From Flavobacteriales bacterium (GTDB lineage: Bacteria; Bacteroidota; Bacteroidia; Flavobacteriales; TMED113), in assembly GCA_002863085.1 (NCBI GenBank), contig PKDT01000006.1, positions 14,595 through 78,594 on the forward strand: 64,000 nucleotides of DNA, in the 5' to 3' direction. The position numbers were made by a program, and so were the translations under genes. Shown one piece after another: positions 54,953-63,069 of this stretch; positions within the stretch are counted from its first letter, which is position 1; every line of letters starts with the position of its first letter. The notes beneath the pieces were generated by a model that was given only the letters and a program-made list of their open reading frames with translations, was not told the DNA's origin and searched no databases.

Positions 54953-56892
54953 TTATTGCCTGGATTAAGTTTATATTTCTTTACAACTGAACCATCACTA
55001 AAAAAATAAATTTGTAAGCTATTGTTCAAACTCTCACGCCCCAGAATATCTAATTGTTTAATAAGCTTTACATCCTCGATCTCATGACCATCATGAATTC
55101 CAATCCATTCTCCTGTTAAACTTACGTTATCAATATAAAGATAGCTACCATTTTCTCCGGAAAATTCAAATTTTATAATTACATCGTCTTCACCGGCAGC
55201 CGACTGAATATTTACTTCTTTTTCAATCCATTCAGTTTGATTAGGAATGAAATTATTTCCAACATTTCCAAAGTTTGTCGTTATCAAGTCGTCAGTGTCC
55301 CAAGTTGCACGTACTTGCCAGGTGTTACCACAATCTTTTGAAAAAGAAATAACAAGCAAATCATCTGTTTGATTATTTCTTTTTCCATATGCCATGTCAA
55401 ATTTAAGCTTTAAAGGATTACCTGAACCCAAGGCATAACTCGAAAGATTTAAAGTAGGTGAAAAAAGCTTGTGTTTTTTGTTGCAATTGTAATATCTGCT
55501 TCTTATTCTGACTGAACCTGTTGTAGATGTAGACGATATTGGACTCCTGGTCCATGTGTATTCATTGTTAGGTGATAAAATCGACCACGCTAGATTAGGT
55601 TCTGGATTATTTGGAAACTGAGTATTTTGAAAGTTTTCATTTAGGCTATTAGGGGGGTCATAAACATAATAACTCTTTGTTAGAGAACTTTCTCCACCAG
55701 TTGAAATGATATTTAAAGTAACATCGTACTGGCCTGATGAACTGTAAGTAACCTGTGGATTAATTTCTGACGAAAATCCTATATCAGATCCCGGAAATGA
55801 CCAGTAAAAAACAGAATTGGAACTAACACTTTCGGAATTACTAATAAATGATATAGGTGAATTGGCACAGATTCTGTCAACATAAGAGGTGTAAAAATCA
55901 ACAGATGGTAAACAAGCCTCGGCATTGTAGTTGTCGTGAGTACCAGTTAACCACAAATTACTATTTGTCCAGAGATTATTTCTTTGCGAAACTGATGAAT
56001 TTAAACAATCCTGCATTCTGTTAACTTGGCCAACTGAAAACATACATGTGCAAGAAGAATAGTCCATAAAGTTTTGAATGTTATCAAGGTTACCACAACT
56101 TTGCTGAGCTAAATTACATGTTGAATAAGCACCAATTGTATTAGGTGTATCACTAACATTATCATCATAATTACAATTTTCAACTTCTCCATTTGTGCCC
56201 CACCCCCACGTATGTTGTAGGTTAAAGTAATGTCCAAACTCATGACTGAGTGTATGACGTTTATATGGTGTATTGTTTGAGGATCCTATACTCCCTAAGT
56301 ATTCGTGATTAATAATTATACCCTCAACTTCATCCCACAATGTTCCGGGCAAATAAGTGTATGCAGCAGCGCCAATGGAGCTATCAATTGATTCTACAAC
56401 CCAAATGTTTACATACTGAGAATCGTCCCATGCTATGAGGTCCTTTATACAGTCATTCGCCTGAGTAGTCATTGAAGAAACAATTCTATTTATTCCGCTT
56501 GTACAATTTCCATCAGGATCAAGTTTTGCTAATCTAAACTCAATATTTGGATTTCCAATAATATTTTGAAAATCATCAATTACGTTTTCAAGGTCAGAGT
56601 TTTGATTATTAAAATCTTCGTTTATAATGTTTACTGCATCCATAATTTGATCAACTGAAACATTTTCGTTGACTCCAATTGGATCTCCATCATGAATAAT
56701 ATGAAAGACTATAGGAATTATTTTGGTGTTTACATTATAGTTTTCAAGCTTCAAGATTTTGGCCTGTTCATTTTTAAATCGTGTTGTGTTGATATAGTTT
56801 TTCATTACATTATCCGTACCACACAACTTGTGATGTTGAGATAACATAACAAATGGAATCACTAACAAAAAAATAGTTATTAATCTTGCCAT
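54949..56892 (-). CDS. M43 (cytophagalysin/pappalysin-like) zinc metalloprotease, paralog 1: catalytic + PKD-like + C-terminal beta-sandwich module + short CTD-like tail
   Basis: A signal peptide is present. HEFGHYFNLQHTWG (the HEFGH codons were verified at 56230..56244) and DTPNT are present. There is a PKD-like segment (FYWSFPG...NPQVTYSSSGQYDVTLN) and the motif LYIDNVSL. Confidence 0.8.
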   Translation of the reverse strand: MARLITIFLLVIPFVMLSQHHKLCGTDNVMKNYINTTRFKNEQAKILKLENYNVNTKIIPIVFHIIHDGDPIGVNENVSVDQIMDAVNIINEDFNNQNSDLENVIDDFQNIIGNPNIEFRLAKLDPDGNCTSGINRIVSSMTTQANDCIKDLIAWDDSQYVNIWVVESIDSSIGAAAYTYLPGTLWDEVEGIIINHEYLGSIGSSNNTPYKRHTLSHEFGHYFNLQHTWGWGTNGEVENCNYDDNVSDTPNTIGAYSTCNLAQQSCGNLDNIQNFMDYSSCTCMFSVGQVNRMQDCLNSSVSQRNNLWTNSNLWLTGTHDNYNAEACLPSVDFYTSYVDRICANSPISFISNSESVSSNSVFYWSFPGSDIGFSSEINPQVTYSSSGQYDVTLNIISTGGESSLTKSYYVYDPPNSLNENFQNTQFPNNPEPNLAWSILSPNNEYTWTRSPISSTSTTGSVRIRSRYYNCNKKHKLFSPTLNLSSYALGSGNPLKLKFDMAYGKRNNQTDDLLVISFSKDCGNTWQVRATWDTDDLITTNFGNVGNNFIPNQTEWIEKEVNIQSAAGEDDVIIKFEFSGENGSYLYIDNVSLTGEWIGIHDGHEIEDVKLIKQLDILGRESLNNSLQIYFFSDGSVVKKYKLNPGNN

Positions 56893-59253
56893 CTAATCAT
56901 TTATAAATATCATAATCCCGTCCTTGAAGTAAACACCTGGATTTAGCTTTTCGTTTAAAGCATATTTTCTACCATAAAGATCAAAAATTATGTTGCTTTT
57001 TGTATTCTTTTCATTTTCATTTGAAATTATTCTATCCTCAATATCTGTGGGATTGCCAACTCTTACGTTATCAATATAGAGCCAATTTCCTCCGATGTTA
57101 TTAGAAATATAATCACCCCCTAAATTTGTTGGAATTAATGTGTCAGTTGAAAGGTAGCCCTTGCCGGTAAATTCAAACTTTAAGATAAGGCTTTCTTGTC
57201 CAGCAGAGGAGCCTAAGTTAACTACCTTTTCAATCCAATCGTTTTGTGATGGGACATAGTCGTTAAAATATATCTGGTCATTGTTGATTAAGTCTGAAAC
57301 ATTATACCTGGCTCTTTCCATAAATCCTTGACCAGCATGTTTTCTGTAAATTATTAATTCATCATCCATTACACTGTTTCCATAAACATCTAAATAAGGT
57401 ATTCTTTTACTGTACGCTAGATTAAAGTACAAATTCAGGGGTTCACCTAGCTCATAATCGCTACAGTTAATATCTGGACTATACATCTCTTGTTTAATAT
57501 TAAATCCTGCACTAAAATCCTTGCTTCTTATTCTAATTGACTGTGAGCCGTCGAATGAAGCTATTGATGAAGATCTCCAATTTTCCTCATTGGGATAATT
57601 TTCAAAGACATACCAGCTTGGTGATTCAAATGATTCACTAATTGGAAATGACGAGCTTTCAAAATTTTCTATAAATGGTGCATCAGTTCTATCTAAGATA
57701 ACTATACACTTTTCTTTAACGAGTTCAGATGAACCATTATTGTTAGAAACAACTAATGTAACATCGTGTTGTCCAGATTCATTGTATGTAACAGTAGGGT
57801 TTTTAGTAGTTGATGAAGATGGTGACGCTCCTGGAAAATACCATTGATAAGAGATTTGATTTTCTGGAACATTATAGGTCATATCTTGAAATGTAACATT
57901 AAATCCTTCGTTAATTCCCAATGCTCCAATGGACTCACCAACAACCTGGAAGTCTGCAATGGGATAACATTCTGAAAAGGGATCAGAAAAATAATGAGAA
58001 TCGTCTGTTCCGGTAAGTATAAGGTTTTCCTCCGACCAGAGATTGTTTCTTGCACCAGAAGTGGAATTGAGAGCAGCTATCATTCTTGCTTTTTGACCAT
58101 TACTAAACATATAAGCACAATTTGTGTAATCCATAATATTTGCGACATTATCTAAGGATTCACAAGAGATCTGAGAATCATATGAATAGCATCCTGATGC
58201 ACCAATCGTATTGGGAGTGTCTTCAACGCCGTCATCCGTACCGCAATTTTCTTCCAAAGAGGGATCATTAGTACTTCCCCATGGATGAGGCAAATTGAGA
58301 TAGTGACCAACTTCGTGAGAAATGGTATGTCTCCTCCAGTTGCTGTTGCTAGATGTTCCAGTGGTACCAAAATAATCATGTTGACATAAGATCCCTTCAT
58401 GATTCTGAGGCGCTGATCCAGGGTAATAAGCGTATGCAGCTGCGCCACTTGCAACATTTGCCACGGTCCATATATTTAAGTACATATCATTATCCCAGTA
58501 TGTATCATCTTTAACATTTTCTCCGCCGTTGAAGGTCAACACAGATTGATCGTATGTAACACCATTCGTACAATTTCCATCAGGGTCTTTCGTGGCTAAC
58601 CTAAATTCGACTCCAACATCTGCTACTATATCTTCAAAACCTCTTGCCTCAGTGGTTATAATTTTTGCAATCAATTCTCCGCCAACAGGTGGTAAAGTCT
58701 GATCATATAAAATTTTTAATATACCACCACTGAAATAATTATTACCTGGATCATCAGCTATAATTTCAACAGGTCCAATTGAACAAATTGATTCAAACTT
58801 TTTAACAGATGAGTTGTTTTCAAAATTCCAAAGAATTGGATACTGACTGGGATTTTCCGGAGAGAAAATAAAAACTGTATCATTATTATTAGCTACAGAG
58901 GATATGAAATTTCCATTTGAGTCAATTAAATCATCGTTTCTGAGATTAAAATCATTGTTCATACTCTCAATTGCTGATTCTATTTGAGAAAAATCAATTC
59001 TTTCATCGCCATAATCATGTATAACATGAACAACAACTGGAATAACATAATTAGTCTCTAAGATTCTACCAGAATTATAGTCATTTACAAACTGTTCTGT
59101 GAAAAATTCTAGTTGCTCAAGTATCAACCTCTTATCAGGATTTAATAAAAGCTCTTTTTTTACCATCTCATCTGTTGAACACCTGTCAATTTGGCTAAAT
59201 GAAACACCATAAATAGCTAGCATTGCAATTAGTAAAGAAAACGACCTAAGCAT
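56893..59253 (-). CDS. M43 zinc metalloprotease, paralog 2 (carries an insertion of about 94 aa in the catalytic domain)
   Basis: HEVGHYLNLPHPWG (the HEVGH codons were verified at 58303..58317) and DTPNT are present. There is a PKD-like segment (YQWYFPGASPSSSTTKNPTVTYNESGQHDVTLVV) and the motif LYIDNVRVG. There is zero gap to paralog 1. Confidence 0.8.
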   Translation of the reverse strand: MLRSFSLLIAMLAIYGVSFSQIDRCSTDEMVKKELLLNPDKRLILEQLEFFTEQFVNDYNSGRILETNYVIPVVVHVIHDYGDERIDFSQIESAIESMNNDFNLRNDDLIDSNGNFISSVANNNDTVFIFSPENPSQYPILWNFENNSSVKKFESICSIGPVEIIADDPGNNYFSGGILKILYDQTLPPVGGELIAKIITTEARGFEDIVADVGVEFRLATKDPDGNCTNGVTYDQSVLTFNGGENVKDDTYWDNDMYLNIWTVANVASGAAAYAYYPGSAPQNHEGILCQHDYFGTTGTSSNSNWRRHTISHEVGHYLNLPHPWGSTNDPSLEENCGTDDGVEDTPNTIGASGCYSYDSQISCESLDNVANIMDYTNCAYMFSNGQKARMIAALNSTSGARNNLWSEENLILTGTDDSHYFSDPFSECYPIADFQVVGESIGALGINEGFNVTFQDMTYNVPENQISYQWYFPGASPSSSTTKNPTVTYNESGQHDVTLVVSNNNGSSELVKEKCIVILDRTDAPFIENFESSSFPISESFESPSWYVFENYPNEENWRSSSIASFDGSQSIRIRSKDFSAGFNIKQEMYSPDINCSDYELGEPLNLYFNLAYSKRIPYLDVYGNSVMDDELIIYRKHAGQGFMERARYNVSDLINNDQIYFNDYVPSQNDWIEKVVNLGSSAGQESLILKFEFTGKGYLSTDTLIPTNLGGDYISNNIGGNWLYIDNVRVGNPTDIEDRIISNENEKNTKSNIIFDLYGRKYALNEKLNPGVYFKDGIMIFIND

Positions 59254-59257
59254 GAAA

Positions 59258-61615
59258 CTACCTTACAATAACCATTTTAGAAAGTTGAGTTTTCTTACCA
59301 TTAATAGAGATAATGTAAGTACCCTCTTTTGATATTTGAAAGATTTCCGAAATTTTAAGGCTGTGTTTACCTCTAGTAACATTCATTTCCTTAAAATCTA
59401 TTTGATTTCCAAGAAGATTTGATATTCCAAAACTAAGCTTTTCATCTTCTTGTACATCAAATTCTATTTGACCATGGCCAATTTGAGTTGGATTTGGTGA
59501 GATACTGAAATCTGTTAAATTAGAGCTTCTTGTATTAAGAACATCCGACTGATTTCCAATCCTGACGTTATCAATGTACAACCAATTTCCACCAATTGAA
59601 CTTGACTCTATGTAATCATATCCCATAGGACCCATATCCACTAAATGAAATGAAAACTGATCTTCTCCTGTACCAACAAACTCAAATTTCACAACAATTG
59701 AGGGGTCGTCAACCAATTGGGATTCTAAAATGTTTAAATTTTTAGAATATCTCTTCCACTCTCCACCGTCTTCAACATAGCCACTTTGTGGTATGAATGA
59801 ATTGAAATATATCTTGCTAGTAGTTATAAGATTTTCTTGTTGTGCTCCAAATGAGCCTTGGTAACCTGGTCTAGTAGACAGTCTTGGTCTCTCGGTCCAA
59901 ACATCATCACCACATTGTTTGTAAGATATTATTAGTTCATCATGATGAATTGAAAATGTATCAGACACTAGGCCGTCATCATCAAGCTCCCCAGCAGTAT
60001 AAGGAAGTCTTCGTGCATAAGCATAATCAAAAGATACCCAAACATCTGCTGCGCCACTACCACCAGTGTAAAATTCTGAAAGATCTAGTTCAGGAGTAGA
60101 AAATTCGTGAGACTTTCTATCATAGCCATAATTTTGGCTTTTTATTTTTAATGATGATGTCCCGAGGTTTGATGCATCCTCTGTTCTTTCCCAGTGTTGT
60201 TCACCGTTGGCATTACCGCCCCACCAGATTTCGGTATCAAGATTTGGGAAACTTACTGACTCAAAACTCTGTGAAAACCCACCTTCAGATAAAACATCCG
60301 TTTCAGATAGTATTGTTATATAATCATACAGGACCTTTTCATTGCAATTGTCACCATTACATGTAGTAAGAGTAACATCATAATTACCTGGTTGAAGGTA
60401 TTCAACTGTGGGATTTTTAAAACTTGAGCTCTGTGGTGTTCCACCTTCAAATGTCCAATTGTAAGTAATGTTTTCTGTTCTGTAATTGTATGTGTAATCT
60501 GTAAATGTCACCTGAGTGCCCGCACACCCCAATGTTTCACTTGTTTTAAAATCAGGTATCGGTGCACAATCGGCATATGGCTCATTATTCCAAGATTCGT
60601 CATCAGTTCCGGTTGCAATCAAGTTACTTTCTTGCCAAAGATACCAACGATTTCCGGCTAAACTGTTTACAGCAGCTTCCATTCTTACGGACTGGCCTTG
60701 AGTAAACATGCAAATGCAATCGGAATATTCCATGAAATTTTGAACGTTATCTACTTGGCCATCACATGTTACTTGACTAGTTGGACAGCCGCCTTGGGTT
60801 CCAATAGTTTCGGGTGTGTCTTCAACGCCGTCATCAAGGGAACAATTATCTTCTTCGGCAGCATCATTAGTAGGGCCCCAGGGGTGTGCAAGATTCATAA
60901 AGTGTCCCATTTCATGGGTTGGAACATGTCTTCTATACATATTTCCAGTTGGACCATTGTCGCTATTTACGTTCCAATCTGCAAAATAGTCGTATCTAAA
61001 GAAAATATAATCCCCATATTCTTCACTACCACTACCAGGGTTGACAGCAAAAGCAGCAGCACTAGACTGTGACTCTTGAAAACTTCTAACAACATAAATA
61101 TTGATATATTTTTTATCATCCCAATTGGCAATAGCCATGATTTTTGAGGCGCTAGCATTTGATGTCATAGGACTTGCAACTCTATTTACGCCATAAGTAC
61201 AGTTTCCGTCCGGATCTTTGGTGGCTAGTCTAAACTCAAAGCCAGGAGAACCAATGATGTCAGTAAATTCATCAATAACTGTCGAAAGGTCATCATTTAG
61301 GCCTTGAAAATCTTCATTTAACCTATTGAGTGCGTTATCTACCTGATCGTAGCTTATGTTTTCATTATCATAATTGTGAATTACGTGAACAACCAGTGGA
61401 ATAATATAATTTGACTCAACACTTCTAGTTTGTTTATTGGCAATAAACTCCTGAGTAAATGCTTCAAGTTGAGCGAGAACTAGTCTCTTTTCAGAATCTT
61501 TTAAAGCTTCCTCCATAACTTGTGGAGTGCCACTTCTCAAAACGGGTTCATTTTGTGAAAATAATTGATTTGCTGTAAACAAAATTGTTGTAAATATGAA
61601 TATGTACTTGTTCAT
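59258..61615 (-). CDS. M43 zinc metalloprotease, paralog 3, with a full type A T9SS C-terminal domain
   Basis: I chose the ATG at 61615 (MNKYIFIFTTILFTANQLFSQ). The ORF-track start at 61651 would fall inside the promoter box. HEMGHFMNLAHPWG (the HEMGH codons were verified at 60902..60916) is present. There is a PKD-like segment (YNWTFEGGTPQSSSFKNPTVEYLQPGNYDVTL) and the motif LYIDNVRIG. The CTD reads FSISPNPTQIGHGQIEF...KMVIVR. Confidence 0.8.
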   Translation of the reverse strand: MNKYIFIFTTILFTANQLFSQNEPVLRSGTPQVMEEALKDSEKRLVLAQLEAFTQEFIANKQTRSVESNYIIPLVVHVIHNYDNENISYDQVDNALNRLNEDFQGLNDDLSTVIDEFTDIIGSPGFEFRLATKDPDGNCTYGVNRVASPMTSNASASKIMAIANWDDKKYINIYVVRSFQESQSSAAAFAVNPGSGSEEYGDYIFFRYDYFADWNVNSDNGPTGNMYRRHVPTHEMGHFMNLAHPWGPTNDAAEEDNCSLDDGVEDTPETIGTQGGCPTSQVTCDGQVDNVQNFMEYSDCICMFTQGQSVRMEAAVNSLAGNRWYLWQESNLIATGTDDESWNNEPYADCAPIPDFKTSETLGCAGTQVTFTDYTYNYRTENITYNWTFEGGTPQSSSFKNPTVEYLQPGNYDVTLTTCNGDNCNEKVLYDYITILSETDVLSEGGFSQSFESVSFPNLDTEIWWGGNANGEQHWERTEDASNLGTSSLKIKSQNYGYDRKSHEFSTPELDLSEFYTGGSGAADVWVSFDYAYARRLPYTAGELDDDGLVSDTFSIHHDELIISYKQCGDDVWTERPRLSTRPGYQGSFGAQQENLITTSKIYFNSFIPQSGYVEDGGEWKRYSKNLNILESQLVDDPSIVVKFEFVGTGEDQFSFHLVDMGPMGYDYIESSSIGGNWLYIDNVRIGNQSDVLNTRSSNLTDFSISPNPTQIGHGQIEFDVQEDEKLSFGISNLLGNQIDFKEMNVTRGKHSLKISEIFQISKEGTYIISINGKKTQLSKMVIVR

Positions 61616-61648
61616 GTTAATATTTTTAATCTGTAAAAAGAATGCTAA

Positions 61649-61656
61649 CAAATATA
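61649..61656 (-). promoter_or_regulatory. Bacteroidetes-type -7 promoter box (TATATTTG on the minus strand) for the M43 array
   Basis: The plus strand reads CAAATATA. On the minus strand this is a perfect TAnnTTTG match, 33 nt upstream of the ATG at 61615, in the 68-nt gap after the radA stop. Confidence 0.5.
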
Positions 61657-61683
61657 GTAATTTTTAGCTAAAAAGAGTAATAA

Positions 61684-63069
61684 TTACTCGTTGCGATTTT
61701 GATTTAATAAATTAGATATACAAGTATACACGTCCATTACTTTACTACATTGGATAACCATGATACCATCAATCTTTTTAATAATTTTATTTTTTGAGGA
61801 AATAATAATCTTTTCAAACCCCACTCTCTTAGCTTCTTCAATGTGTTCATCAATTCTTGGAACGGGTCTAATTTCGCCGTTTAACCCGACTTCTCCACTT
61901 AGGCATAATTTAGATTGAATAATTAAATCCTCATTTGACGATAGTATTGAGGCAATAACTGCTAAGTCCATTGATGGATCAGAAATGCTTATTCCCCCAG
62001 CTATATTCAAAAAAACATCCTTGGTGCTTAATTTAAAACCACATTTCTTTTCCATTACAGCCAATAGCATATTTAGTCTTTTAGCATTAAATCCAACAGA
62101 AGATCTTTGTGGAGTACCATAAACTGCCCGTGTAACAAGTGCTTGAACCTCAACCAGAAAAGTTTTTTGTCCTTGAAATGTTGAGGCAATCGTTGTCCCA
62201 CTAGCATAACTTCCATTTTGATTAATTAATATTGTTGAAGGGTTTAAGACGGGCCTTAAACCCGTCTCTTGCATTTCGTAAACACCAACTTTTGATGTCG
62301 GTCCAAATCTGTTTTTAGAAGCTCTTAAAAGACGATACATGTGATTTTTTTCTCCTTCAAAATTTACAACAACATCCACCATGTGTTCTAAAATCTTTGG
62401 ACCTGCAATTTGACCTTCTTTTGTTATGTGGCCAATGAGAATCACAGCGATATTGGATTTTTTTGCAAACTGAACAAGCTCAGAACAACATTGCTTAATT
62501 TGACTAACAGAGCCCACTGGTGATTCAATGTAATCACTAAAAAGAGTTTGAATTGAGTCAACAATAACTAAACTATATGGATTTTTATCGGAAGTTGTTT
62601 GAGAGCAATGATTGATAATCTTTGATGATGAAGTTTCATTAAAAATAATACAATCATTATTATTTATTCCAAGTCTATCAGCCCTCAACTTTATTTGAGA
62701 GGGGGCTTCTTCGCCTGAAATGTAAAGAACTTTTGCATTATGTCTCAATGCAATTTGCAGCAGCAGAGTTGATTTACCAATTCCAGGTTCACCGGCAAGA
62801 AGAATTACAGAACCCGAAACAATTCCACCGCCCAAAACGATGTTAAGTTCTGAGTCGCTTGTTGGCCTCATTTGTGAGTTTTCATTTTTGATGGAGCCTA
62901 TGGGAACAGCTTTTGAATAATTATTTGAATATTGGTTTGGTTTATTTTTACTTAAAGTTGGCTTTAGTTCCTCAACGAAAGTGTTCCACTGATTGCATGA
63001 AGGACATTTTCCAAGCCATTTTGGAGACTCATAACCGCAGCTTTTACAATAAAAATATATTTTACTCAT
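61684..63069 (-). CDS. radA: DNA repair protein RadA
   Basis: An N-terminal zinc ribbon (CKSCGYESPKWLGKCPSCNQWNT), Walker A (GEPGIGKST), the motif KNRFG and a Lon-like C-terminus are present. Confidence 0.9.
   Translation of the reverse strand: MSKIYFYCKSCGYESPKWLGKCPSCNQWNTFVEELKPTLSKNKPNQYSNNYSKAVPIGSIKNENSQMRPTSDSELNIVLGGGIVSGSVILLAGEPGIGKSTLLLQIALRHNAKVLYISGEEAPSQIKLRADRLGINNNDCIIFNETSSSKIINHCSQTTSDKNPYSLVIVDSIQTLFSDYIESPVGSVSQIKQCCSELVQFAKKSNIAVILIGHITKEGQIAGPKILEHMVDVVVNFEGEKNHMYRLLRASKNRFGPTSKVGVYEMQETGLRPVLNPSTILINQNGSYASGTTIASTFQGQKTFLVEVQALVTRAVYGTPQRSSVGFNAKRLNMLLAVMEKKCGFKLSTKDVFLNIAGGISISDPSMDLAVIASILSSNEDLIIQSKLCLSGEVGLNGEIRPVPRIDEHIEEAKRVGFEKIIISSKNKIIKKIDGIMVIQCSKVMDVYTCISNLLNQNRNE

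Noticed and set aside
60698-61072. A 124-aa plus-strand ORF, together with the neighbouring 59884..60099, 60151..60366, 60516..60701 and 60967..61158 ORFs, all lying within the third M43 gene.
   Set aside because: These ORFs lie entirely within a confidently motif-supported gene: four antisense, and 60967..61158 on the same strand in another frame. Their translations are low-complexity and have no recognisable motif. Long shadow ORFs are expected where the sense gene is locally GC-richer and stop-poor. The same reasoning applies to 58152..58457, 22106..22423, 10886..11191, 4373..4717, 15473..15745 and the other ORFs of 60-90 aa nested within called genes (most antisense, some same-strand in another frame).
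54949-61615. Locally higher GC in the M43 genes and the nuclease operon, taken as evidence of horizontal acquisition.
   Set aside because: I only made spot counts on individual 60-nt lines: 43 % and 55 % on two M43 lines, 42 % and 48 % on two nuclease-operon lines, and about 20 % on one rodA line. A line from core bamA reaches about 43 % as well. The signal may therefore reflect Gly/Pro/Asp-rich secreted-protein composition. No flanking repeats, integrase or tRNA-adjacent junctions support an island. A proper sliding-window GC and codon-usage computation is needed.
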